A stretch of DNA of 55,698 nucleotides from NCBI GenBank assembly GCA_944388765.1, contig CALXKA010000004.1:1-55698 (forward strand). The letters run 5' to 3'. The position numbers and the translations under genes were made by a program. This document shows positions 30,746-40,115 of the stretch, piece by piece (the stretch's first letter is position 1; each line of letters starts with the position of its first letter). This DNA is from an uncultured Clostridia bacterium. GTDB taxonomy: Bacteria; Bacillota; Clostridia; TANB77; CAG-508. The notes below the pieces were generated by a model. That model made no database searches and was not told the DNA's origin. It saw only the letters and a program-made list of their open reading frames with translations.

Positions 30746-33241
30746 TCATTTAGTAATATCTGATTTTTTATTTGTTTTTGTTTCTATTTCACCTCCTTCA
30801 CTATCAATTTTATTTTCTTCTATAACGCTTTCTTTTTCAGTACTTTCTTTTGTATTTATGTCATTTATATTATTAGTTTCATTAATAACATTCTCTTTTT
30901 CAACTGCTAATATGTTTTCAAATGTTATTTCTTGTCCTAATAATCTAATATTCATATCATGATACTTTCCTATTACCATATTTTCAAATTTTGTTCCTCT
31001 AAAATACACATTCATTTTTTTATTCGTTGATATGTTTCTTGAATCTCCTGATTCTATTTCAAAATAGTATTCCTTACTTGTATCTATTCCTTCTATATAT
31101 CTATCAAAATAATATGTGTTTGTTCCTGTTGATGTAACAAATACTTCCATATTTATTGTTCCATCTGTACTTTTAAATCTCATTTTTGGTGCTACTTCTG
31201 GTACTGTTGATTGTCCATTCACCCATTCGACATAGATTAATTCTCCACTTACATATGCAGCTCCGCCTTGCTCTCCTAGATTAAATTGCACTAGTTCACT
31301 ATTTATATTTCCTACATATGTATCATCTTCAAATGTCATTTTATCTGCTTTTACTCTTATTCTCTTATCTTTATATTTTCCAACCACTGTATTTTCAAAT
31401 TTTGTTCCTACATAACATAAATTCATCTTGTTGCTTGTTGACACATTTCTTGGATCTCCTGATTCTATTTCAAAATAGTATTCTTTATTTGTATCTATTC
31501 CTTCTATATATCTATCAAAATAGTATGTGTTTGTTCCTGTTGATGTTACAAATACTTCCTTATCTATTGTTCCATCTGTACTTTTAAATCTCATCTTTGG
31601 AGCTATTTCTGGTACTGTTGATACTCCATCTACCCATTCTACATATATTATTTCTCCACTTACATATGCCAATCCTTCTTGATCACCTAGATTAAATTGC
31701 ACTAGTTCACTATTTATATTTCCTACATATGTATAGTCTTCAAATATTAGGCTATTATCTTTTATTTTTATAACTTTATCATTTTGACATCTTCCGATAG
31801 TTTCTGGCAATTTTTCTAAATTAATTTGATGTTTCTTATTTTCTGATAAATTATTTTCATTTTCACTTGCAATTTCCAATATATATTCTTTTGACATATC
31901 AAGCTTACTAATTGACATATCAAAATAGTATGTATTTCCCCAATCTTGTTTTATAAAACAATTACCATTTACTGTTCCATCTGTTGATTTTAACCTAATA
32001 ACCGGTGTTTTTCTAGGTACATTTGATTCTCCTTCAATCCATTCTACTGCTATTATTTTTCCTTGTATATAATAGTTACTATCTGTTACTTTTAATGTAT
32101 TTAATGATACTATTTCTGAATTTAAATCTCCTTTATATATTCTTGTTTCAATATTTATTTTATTATCAATTATTGAATACTCATAAATACTATCTTCTCC
32201 TATAAATCTATTTGTTCCTAAACTTGGTATTACTGTATACTGTACAGGAACATTTACTCTATCTGCTGTTGACACTTCTACTTTATATTGTTTATTGGCA
32301 TCTAATGAACTAAGCCATGTATCAAAATAGTATGTATTACCCCATACTTGTGATACAAAACAATTAATTGTTGAAGTTCCGTCAGTTGATACTAATTTTA
32401 TGCCTGGTGTTCCACTTGGTACAGTTTGCATTCCATTAACCCAATCTACTATTATTGCTTCACCTGTTAAATGCGTTTTATCTGAACTAACTTCTAATTT
32501 AGCAATTTCACTATTTGTAAAATTATCTTCTTTATTAATTCTAAAAAGTTCTTTATTCGCAATAATTGCTCTTGCATCTGCTTCTGCCATTTGATTAATT
32601 TTTACATCATTTAAATAATTTACTCTATCACCTGGATTACTTATATAGCAATGTTCTATTATCATACCTGGTATTCCAAAATACATAGGTTCTCTAATTA
32701 TTCCATACCAATCTGCTAAAAATCCATCTGAATAATATCTATTTTCTTCTGTATATTTTATTTGTGGCCTATAAAGATGCGTTGGTACTCCCACACTTGC
32801 AAGATTATTTAATACTGCATATCCCAAAGTATTTGAAGCTTGATAAAATCTCGGTGAATTAGTATTTGCTGTAATATATACTTCTGAACCAGTTACTCTT
32901 GAATTTGTACTAGAATTTATATGAAAACTAACTAATAAATCTGCCCCATTATTTTTAGCAACTTGTGCTCTTTCAGCTAGACTTGGACATGCACTTTCAG
33001 ATCTTGATAAAATTCCTGTTATTCCTGGTTCTGCATCTAAGATTTCTTTTACCCTTGTTGCTATTTTCCAGTTAACATCTTTTTCATAAATTCCTCCTCC
33101 AACAGCTCCAACATCACTTCCTCCATGACCTGGATCTAAGACTACAATTATATCATCTACTGCATATACGTTTGATGCAACTATTATTCCAATAAAGATT
33201 ATAAATAAAATTAGAAAGCTCTTTATTTTTATGCTTTTCAT
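30746..33241 (-). CDS. Secreted N-acetylmuramoyl-L-alanine amidase (Amidase_3) with four repeats
   Basis: Signal peptide; VLDPGHGG, EKDVN, LAERA, SFHINS, IIEHCYISN; four repeats; acidic tail. Confidence 0.88.
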   Translation of the reverse strand: MKSIKIKSFLILFIIFIGIIVASNVYAVDDIIVVLDPGHGGSDVGAVGGGIYEKDVNWKIATRVKEILDAEPGITGILSRSESACPSLAERAQVAKNNGADLLVSFHINSSTNSRVTGSEVYITANTNSPRFYQASNTLGYAVLNNLASVGVPTHLYRPQIKYTEENRYYSDGFLADWYGIIREPMYFGIPGMIIEHCYISNPGDRVNYLNDVKINQMAEADARAIIANKELFRINKEDNFTNSEIAKLEVSSDKTHLTGEAIIVDWVNGMQTVPSGTPGIKLVSTDGTSTINCFVSQVWGNTYYFDTWLSSLDANKQYKVEVSTADRVNVPVQYTVIPSLGTNRFIGEDSIYEYSIIDNKINIETRIYKGDLNSEIVSLNTLKVTDSNYYIQGKIIAVEWIEGESNVPRKTPVIRLKSTDGTVNGNCFIKQDWGNTYYFDMSISKLDMSKEYILEIASENENNLSENKKHQINLEKLPETIGRCQNDKVIKIKDNSLIFEDYTYVGNINSELVQFNLGDQEGLAYVSGEIIYVEWVDGVSTVPEIAPKMRFKSTDGTIDKEVFVTSTGTNTYYFDRYIEGIDTNKEYYFEIESGDPRNVSTSNKMNLCYVGTKFENTVVGKYKDKRIRVKADKMTFEDDTYVGNINSELVQFNLGEQGGAAYVSGELIYVEWVNGQSTVPEVAPKMRFKSTDGTINMEVFVTSTGTNTYYFDRYIEGIDTSKEYYFEIESGDSRNISTNKKMNVYFRGTKFENMVIGKYHDMNIRLLGQEITFENILAVEKENVINETNNINDINTKESTEKESVIEENKIDSEGGEIETKTNKKSDITK

Positions 33242-33350
33242 TAAACTAGTCCCCCTTTTATACAATAAAAAAATAAATGATAAATCTCTATTTATACTTT
33301 ATCATTTATTTAGGTTTTTTACAATATTTTTATTTATAAAACTATACTTT

Positions 33351-34556
33351 TTATTTTCCTCTAATTCTTTCTCTTATCTTCCACCATCTAGAATTTTTAA
33401 TTGCTTCATTTTCTGCTTTGTATTTTTCCATTTTTTCTACTGCTTGTTTATATTCTTTTTTATAATACTCCATCTCATAATGATTATTTTGGATTTCTCT
33501 TTTCATTTCTTCTAATTCTTCTTCTTTTTTTATTACTTTTTTCTTTTCTTCATCTGTATTCTGCTTCTCTACTGTAAATCTTTTATATGATTCAACTGCC
33601 GCAGCTTTTAGCCAATTTGATTTTCCTATCACATATTTTTTATAGTCTCTAACACTAATATCATTTTCATATTTTTCATCACTATTTTCACATTCTTCTA
33701 CAAATTTTTTACATTTTCTTATTAAATCTTCACGAAGTTTTTTCCAACCATCATCATGAATAGGAATGTTTCTATAATCATATTTTACCTTTCCACTGAT
33801 AAAATCTTCTTCTGAACATGATTCAATATATTTTGTATAATCTCCAAATCTGTCATTTCTATAATCTTCATTTAATAATATTACTGATGTACCTAATGCC
33901 ATACATGGCAAAGCACAATGTAATCTATATGATACCACCGCTCTTGCTCCTTGATATAGTTTTAATAATTCTTCTACATTTTTCATTCTCTGATCCCATG
34001 AAAGTTTATAATAATCCTCTGGGACTATATGTGTTACAACTTTTACTTCCATATCTGTTGTCTTCTTTATTTGCTCTACAACTTTATCACTTACATCAAC
34101 TGCACAAATATAATCCTGTTTTTCTACATCTTCAAAAGGATCTAGTGTTAAAGTCATACATCCTGTATATTCAGTCTTTACACCTTTACTTTCTAATAAT
34201 TTTACTGTATGACTGTCTCTGCAACCAATTGGTTCTATACTTTTCAAATATTCTAATCCATATCCCTGCAAATGATATGCTCTATCTGTAGTATCCCAAA
34301 ACCAATCTTTATATGTAAAGTGCATTGATACAGGCAAAGGCTTTATATATGGTGAAAAAGGCCAATTTAAAGTATATTGTAAAAACCAACCATTAATTAT
34401 TGTAGCTACCTTTTCTTCTGAATCTGGCACAAATTCATCCATATGGTTTCTATCTATATAGTAATCTACTCTTGGTAAAAATCTTTGAGTGACATATGAT
34501 TGTACATCATCTCCAATATTTCTCGTATCATGTTCTATCAATAATCCAAATTTCAT
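33351..34556 (-). CDS. Polysaccharide pyruvyltransferase family protein with C-terminal coiled coil
   Basis: NIGDDVQ, IGCRD, SYRLHCALPCMALG; charged helical tail ending NSRWWKI. Confidence 0.75.
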   Translation of the reverse strand: MKFGLLIEHDTRNIGDDVQSYVTQRFLPRVDYYIDRNHMDEFVPDSEEKVATIINGWFLQYTLNWPFSPYIKPLPVSMHFTYKDWFWDTTDRAYHLQGYGLEYLKSIEPIGCRDSHTVKLLESKGVKTEYTGCMTLTLDPFEDVEKQDYICAVDVSDKVVEQIKKTTDMEVKVVTHIVPEDYYKLSWDQRMKNVEELLKLYQGARAVVSYRLHCALPCMALGTSVILLNEDYRNDRFGDYTKYIESCSEEDFISGKVKYDYRNIPIHDDGWKKLREDLIRKCKKFVEECENSDEKYENDISVRDYKKYVIGKSNWLKAAAVESYKRFTVEKQNTDEEKKKVIKKEEELEEMKREIQNNHYEMEYYKKEYKQAVEKMEKYKAENEAIKNSRWWKIRERIRGK

Positions 34557-34645
34557 AATATTCCCCCTATTATTTTATAAAATCGAATTTGCATTTTCTT
34601 AACAACTTCATGTTTTACTATACTATTGAAATCATTTTATGTTCC

Positions 34646-35791
34646 CTATAATTTAACAAACTCTTCTACCCATTTTGCACATTTTTTATCAAATTCTTTT
34701 TTCCATTCTTTATACAATGCCATAATTTCTTCTTTATGTTCTATACAATTTATAATTCTATCTTTTAGATATTCTGGGTCATCTTCTTTTGTTAAAATAA
34801 CATATTCTCCTAATTTTGTTCCTACAAAATAATCATTGTTATTTCCAAGTAAACAAGGTATTCCCATTTCAAAGCTTTCTAATGGAAACATTGGTGCATT
34901 TTCTGTAAATGTTGGATATAAATTTACTTCGTTTTGTTGAATTCTTTCTAATAATTCTTCTGTTGGAATATAATCATTTATACTAGTTATTTCTAAGTTT
35001 AACATTTCTGTAAATTTCTTTGCTCCTTCATTTATTGGAACAACATCAGCAACAGCATCTGGAACTAATTTTATTGCACTAAGTGATGTATATATATTTT
35101 TTAATTCTCTTGTATCTGCATTATATATTCCTATTTTCTTTTTAGTTGTTTTTTGTTTTTCTACTCTTTTTATATTATCTAAATGTACATTATTTTGTAA
35201 ATAATAGCTTTTAAATCCTGCTTTTTTGTAAAATTCATACATTATGCTTCTAACAAATGCAAAACTATCTATTTTTCCTTCTTTGTATAGATTCATTACT
35301 TCTTTGTTTAAATTCCATGTAAAGTCTGAAAAGTATTCATAACAGTTACCATGCCATATTACTTTTATTTTTATTTCTTTATTCTTATCTTTTATTTGTT
35401 TAATCGTGTCTATCCATCCATCACATATTTGACTAAATATAACTGATTTAATGTTATTTTCTACAATACTATCTGCTATTTTTTGTATATCCCTTTTTTC
35501 ATATACATGTTCTAATGGTACAATATTTTTAAATAAGCCTTTTGTTGAATTTGCAACTCCAAGCCATGTAGGATTATAGAAAACTATATAATCACTATCT
35601 TTATATTCTTTTATCTTTTCTATTGCTTCATTTGCAACAATTAAATAATGCCTATGTTCTTCTTTGATTTTTTTATTATTTGTTATTTTATATTTTGCTG
35701 TACTTAATATATGATAAATTTTTCTTACTACTCTATATATAAAACTATCTTTTTTTATAAACCTTTTTATAAAATTTTTTAATTTTTGCAT
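34646..35791 (-). CDS. Putative GT-B fold glycosyltransferase
   Basis: VIWHG, KNIYTSL, TFTENAPMFPLESFEMGIPCL (Ex7E-like motif); glycan locus context. Confidence 0.6.
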   Translation of the reverse strand: MQKLKNFIKRFIKKDSFIYRVVRKIYHILSTAKYKITNNKKIKEEHRHYLIVANEAIEKIKEYKDSDYIVFYNPTWLGVANSTKGLFKNIVPLEHVYEKRDIQKIADSIVENNIKSVIFSQICDGWIDTIKQIKDKNKEIKIKVIWHGNCYEYFSDFTWNLNKEVMNLYKEGKIDSFAFVRSIMYEFYKKAGFKSYYLQNNVHLDNIKRVEKQKTTKKKIGIYNADTRELKNIYTSLSAIKLVPDAVADVVPINEGAKKFTEMLNLEITSINDYIPTEELLERIQQNEVNLYPTFTENAPMFPLESFEMGIPCLLGNNNDYFVGTKLGEYVILTKEDDPEYLKDRIINCIEHKEEIMALYKEWKKEFDKKCAKWVEEFVKL

Positions 35792-35803
35792 AAACTCCTC
35801 CGT

Positions 35804-36778
35804 TTATTTTTCTATAAATTGAACTATACTTTTATTGGCTAATTCGTTATATCTTTCTTTCCATTCTCTATATAACTTGATTATTTGTTCTTTATTTTCT
35901 AAACATTTCATTACCATTTTTGAATTTATAATGCTATTATCCTCTGCCTCTGTTACAAGATAATTTCTTAATTCTCTATCTTCATTTTCGAAAAAATCTA
36001 TTGTGTTCCCTATAATACAAGGAACTCCTTGCTCCATACTAATCCAAAATATAGTATGAAAATATTCTGTAAAAGCTGTTGCAATAGTTATATCATTTTT
36101 TACTACTTTTTCTTGTATGTTTTTTTCGTCTATTTTTTCTATCTTATCAGATGTAGAATTTATACTCATTGTAGTAACAAAATCTTTCATTCTCTCATCT
36201 ATTTCATTATAATTAAGATTTGAATTTTCTATATATTTTGGTATACAAAGTTGGTTAAATATATTTTTATCCCATGTATAGTTTAGTGGATATATTCCTA
36301 TATCTATTACATCATCTTTTTGTTTTATTTGTATTTTTTTGTCTTCATCTAATATATAGTTTTCTCTTAGAAATGAACATTTATATCCTAAACTTTTATA
36401 TACTTCATATTGTCCTTTTCTTAAAAATGCTATATCTTCTACTATATTTTGTTTTGACAATTCTAATAAATTTAAAAAGTTTTGTCTTTCATAATCATAA
36501 TACAATAAACTATCTAATGTATTACAAATCACCTTTATTTTTATATCTTTATATTTTTCTTTTACATCTTTTATTAACTTGTCCCATCCAATTTCTAATC
36601 CAGAAAATATAATTTGTTTTATACCATTATTTATTAATTCTTCAATTGTTTTCATATTTTTATTGTAGTCAAAATCTGTCCAACCTAAGTTTATTTGCTG
36701 ATTATTCTTAAACATGTTCACTATACACACATTATCTTCTGGCTTTTTATCTCCATATAATAAAACATAATTTTCCAT
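35804..36778 (-). CDS. Putative GT-B fold glycosyltransferase-like protein, paralogous to 34646..35791
   Basis: KNIFNQL, AFTEYFHTIFWISMEQGVPCIIGN parallel the motifs of the neighbour. Confidence 0.5.
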   Translation of the reverse strand: MENYVLLYGDKKPEDNVCIVNMFKNNQQINLGWTDFDYNKNMKTIEELINNGIKQIIFSGLEIGWDKLIKDVKEKYKDIKIKVICNTLDSLLYYDYERQNFLNLLELSKQNIVEDIAFLRKGQYEVYKSLGYKCSFLRENYILDEDKKIQIKQKDDVIDIGIYPLNYTWDKNIFNQLCIPKYIENSNLNYNEIDERMKDFVTTMSINSTSDKIEKIDEKNIQEKVVKNDITIATAFTEYFHTIFWISMEQGVPCIIGNTIDFFENEDRELRNYLVTEAEDNSIINSKMVMKCLENKEQIIKLYREWKERYNELANKSIVQFIEK

Positions 36779-36830
36779 GTCTTTATATTCCTTGTTTCAT
36801 ATTTAGATTTTTTAGGAATTATCTATAAAC

Positions 36831-38753
36831 CTATTGCTTGCCAAACATTTTTCTTGCAAGTGATTTAGCACCTGTTAGTGCATTCATGTATTCAATATCA
36901 TTATGAATTATAAATGCTTCTTTCCATGTTTCTTTCCTTAGCATATCTCTACATTTAAATATATTTAGTTTTTGCATTGTTGTCAATTTATCATCCTTTT
37001 CAACATACTCTGCTGTTCCAAATGTATCATTAAATACCATGCTATAATATGCTTCTATTAATTCTTTACTTGGATTTGTTTTTATTTTTCTAATTAATTC
37101 ATATACATATTGTTTTGTCTCATAAGCTTCATATGGATGACATTTCATATATTCATTAATTACTTTTGCTGCTTCAAACATTCCTTCTTGCATTGGTTTT
37201 ATATATTCTTTTACAATGTCTGTTTCTTCTGTTTTCGCCTTTCTAATTGCTTCTCCTTGCTTGTATTCTATTACACTTCCTGTTCCTGGATTATATATCC
37301 ATTCAAGTAGTGTTATCATACTTGCAACTTCATTATCTCTTATACTTTTATCATCTATATAGCTTATTTTGAATGTATTTTCTGGTTGTAAGTTATAGTA
37401 ATCATATAATGTTAGATAATATCCACCAATTTGTTTATTTGTAAATATATGTGCTAAATTATCTTGAATAGTTCCTCTCCATCCAATATCTACCATAAAC
37501 ATTGGTTCTTCATTATTTGTAATTTGTTTTTTGATTTCAAAATATTCTAATAACTCACTTCTTTTTCTATCAAGTTCTACTTGAATTTTATCTGTAAATT
37601 CTTTATCTGCACACAAATTTTGAACTCTTAAATCAAACCAAGGATCTATTATATTTTCTTCTGGTATTAAATCGTATTTTCCTAAAAATGGTTTATATGG
37701 TTCAATATCTATTGCAAGTGTTTTAAATAAAGCTTTCATACTTTGAGTTCTATATTGTGACCATAAACGCAATAATTCTGTAATTGAAAATTCTTTTAAT
37801 GAGGCCGAAAATGTCCCCATTCTACTAACTTCAATGATATCACAATCTGGAAGTTCTACTCCAAATGGATTATTTTGTTTTATTAATTCATGTATCTTTA
37901 TAAAAGTTTCTCCCTCTCTTGTTGCATAATATACTTTTTTAATATTATTTTTTATTGCATATTCAACAATACTATATCCAAAGAAATATAGTATTGGGGC
38001 CAAATCAACTCCGTTATTAAATAATTTATCTTTTTTTGTTTTTTCCTCTTTTTTTACACATGATAAATCAAAGTTAAATCTTCTTCCTTTTTCAGGAACA
38101 AAATCAAATTCTGTCTTTGTTGTTTTAATTGTTTCAATTCCTAAACTATTTGCCATTTCTATATCTGAATATTGATTATCTCCTACATGAATATGATCTT
38201 CTGGTTTTATTTTTAATTCTTCTTCAGCTTTTTTATATAAGTTTCCTGATCTTTTATTTAAAAGATAATCTGCTGAACTATATATTTTTTCTATTTTTAT
38301 TGGCAAATTTAAATAATCTAATAACTCTTTTAAACTATCTGCTCCCATATAAAAATCAGATATACAATACATTTTTAAATTTTTATACTTTTCAAATATC
38401 GGCAATATCTCTGGATTAATATATATTGCTCTTTTTTCTTCTTCTATTTCTTCTTTTAATAATTCTGCTGAAATGTCAGACATTTCTTCTTTAAATATTT
38501 CTTTTTGTAAGATTTTAAATACTTCTTCTATTTTACATTCATCATCATGTCCATTTTCTTTGTTTTTCTTACATTCTTCTGCTTCAATTTCATCTCTTTT
38601 TTTCAATATTTCATAAATACTTTGATATTTGTCTTTTAATTTATTTTCATATTTTAAAATAATATATCTTGCTGTTGCAAGTTTTATTTCTTCTGGATGA
38701 CAATTTCTTTTTATAATTGTATCCCATATATCAAAACTGATTATTTTTGCCAT
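36831..38753 (-). CDS. HAD phosphatase plus phosphoribosyltransferase-like fusion; probable glycan ribofuranosyltransferase
   Basis: N-terminal HAD motifs SFDIWDT, ISDFY, K, HVGDNQYSD; C-terminal TREG, VSR and PRPP-loop-like MVDIGWRGTIQ. Confidence 0.7.
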   Translation of the reverse strand: MAKIISFDIWDTIIKRNCHPEEIKLATARYIILKYENKLKDKYQSIYEILKKRDEIEAEECKKNKENGHDDECKIEEVFKILQKEIFKEEMSDISAELLKEEIEEEKRAIYINPEILPIFEKYKNLKMYCISDFYMGADSLKELLDYLNLPIKIEKIYSSADYLLNKRSGNLYKKAEEELKIKPEDHIHVGDNQYSDIEMANSLGIETIKTTKTEFDFVPEKGRRFNFDLSCVKKEEKTKKDKLFNNGVDLAPILYFFGYSIVEYAIKNNIKKVYYATREGETFIKIHELIKQNNPFGVELPDCDIIEVSRMGTFSASLKEFSITELLRLWSQYRTQSMKALFKTLAIDIEPYKPFLGKYDLIPEENIIDPWFDLRVQNLCADKEFTDKIQVELDRKRSELLEYFEIKKQITNNEEPMFMVDIGWRGTIQDNLAHIFTNKQIGGYYLTLYDYYNLQPENTFKISYIDDKSIRDNEVASMITLLEWIYNPGTGSVIEYKQGEAIRKAKTEETDIVKEYIKPMQEGMFEAAKVINEYMKCHPYEAYETKQYVYELIRKIKTNPSKELIEAYYSMVFNDTFGTAEYVEKDDKLTTMQKLNIFKCRDMLRKETWKEAFIIHNDIEYMNALTGAKSLARKMFGKQ

Positions 38754-38955
38754 TTTTATAACATCCTTTCTTGTAATATATTTACCCCTTTTGCTTTCTT
38801 GATTGATTTTATCATTTATTTTATATATTATCAAGCTTTCACAAAAAATTCACATTGTTTTTATTGTGTCAAATTAATATCCATGTTATACTATATATGC
38901 AGTTTATTGTATTTATTTTTAAGAACCAATTGGTTTTAAGAGGAGGAGTATTAGT

Positions 38956-39303
38956 ATGAGAAATTTTTTCGAAACTAGTAAAATTTTATTCACATTTCAT
39001 TTCAGCCATTTTCGGAAACGTTGTTTAGTTTCTAAAAAATCTAATCAATTTCGTAAATTTATCAAAAAAACTTATTGTAAAGAAACTAGAAAAATCATTT
39101 TAAAATATTTTTCTTCTTTTAAGTTTCGCTCACATTATTATAGAAATCCACATGCATTATTAGAAGATATCTATATTTATCTTGATGTTACTAATATTGA
39201 TTTACAGAAATGTAATCATTCTTTTGCTGTGGAAAAAGAAATTGAAAAGATTGAAGAAGAAATGAAATGGTTAAAAGAAAAAGAAGGAGTCGATTTACCA
39301 TAA
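38956..39303 (+). CDS. Hypothetical protein, 115 aa, with an in-frame CGG-A at codon 20
   Basis: AGGAGG RBS, ATG, ends in a bidirectional terminator; no motif recognised. Confidence 0.55.
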   Translation: MRNFFETSKILFTFHFSHFRKRCLVSKKSNQFRKFIKKTYCKETRKIILKYFSSFKFRSHYYRNPHALLEDIYIYLDVTNIDLQKCNHSFAVEKEIEKIEEEMKWLKEKEGVDLP

Positions 39304-39320
39304 TCGATTCCTTCCTTTTT
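39278..39320. terminator. Bidirectional terminator between convergent genes
   Basis: AAAAAGAAGGAGTCGATT ... AATCGATTCCTTCCTTTTT imperfect inverted repeat. Confidence 0.65.
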
Positions 39321-39322
39321 AC

Positions 39323-40096
39323 TTAGATTACATCCATCATTGTATCTATTATTTCTTGATTGCTTAATCTTTTCATTTGGTTACTATTTAAGATTATTAT
39401 AGATTTATTTGCTTCTTCATAATCAAAATATTCATAAATCATATATGGGTCCATTGCTTCAAACTCATTTTTAAAGATATTTCCTGTAACTACATCTACG
39501 ATATAATCAATACCTGTCATATCCACAATTACTAATGAATTTTCTTGTTCTATTTGATTAATTTTTTGACTATACTTACTATTAAATCCAGATTTTATTT
39601 TTAAATAACCATTTTCATCAATTTCAAATGAATTTTCAACACTATTAATGCAATTTAAAAATATCTGTCTGCTTTGTGGACTTATCCATATTCCTGCATT
39701 TTGTGGTTCGCCATTTACATTTATACTATTTATTTCTTCATAAGTTGGTTTTCTTTGTTCTAAGCTACCTATTAATGCAGTTCTATATGCAATAGATGGT
39801 TTTATTGATAGTTCATTATTACTTTCAGTATATAAGCTGTTATCGCCTGTAAAACCATATTGCTCTTTTACTTTATTTATTCTTTCATTTTCTTCTTCTG
39901 AATTAGAATTTTCTACTTCGTTTTGTTCACTTAAATTTTCCTCTTGCTTTGTTTCATTATTTTGAGTCTCTGTTTGATTATCAGTTACTATTTGTTTATC
40001 ACTATTATCTCTTGTTCTCATATAAAAAATTACTACTATTGCTACTATTACTAATAATATAATAACTGGTATTACAATTTTTTTATTTACTTTCAT
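39323..40096 (-). CDS. Hypothetical membrane-anchored protein
   Basis: N-terminal TM helix, N/E/Q-rich linker, globular C-terminal part; AAGGGA RBS. Confidence 0.75.
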   Translation of the reverse strand: MKVNKKIVIPVIILLVIVAIVVIFYMRTRDNSDKQIVTDNQTETQNNETKQEENLSEQNEVENSNSEEENERINKVKEQYGFTGDNSLYTESNNELSIKPSIAYRTALIGSLEQRKPTYEEINSINVNGEPQNAGIWISPQSRQIFLNCINSVENSFEIDENGYLKIKSGFNSKYSQKINQIEQENSLVIVDMTGIDYIVDVVTGNIFKNEFEAMDPYMIYEYFDYEEANKSIIILNSNQMKRLSNQEIIDTMMDVI

Positions 40097-40115
40097 ATAA
40101 CCATTCCCTTTTTAC

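Noticed and set aside
21587-31730. 411-bp repeats as CRISPR, IS or diversity-generating retroelement template/variable repeats
   Set aside because: They are in-frame protein domain repeats with no spacers or terminal inverted repeats, and there is no cas, transposase or reverse transcriptase gene in the window.
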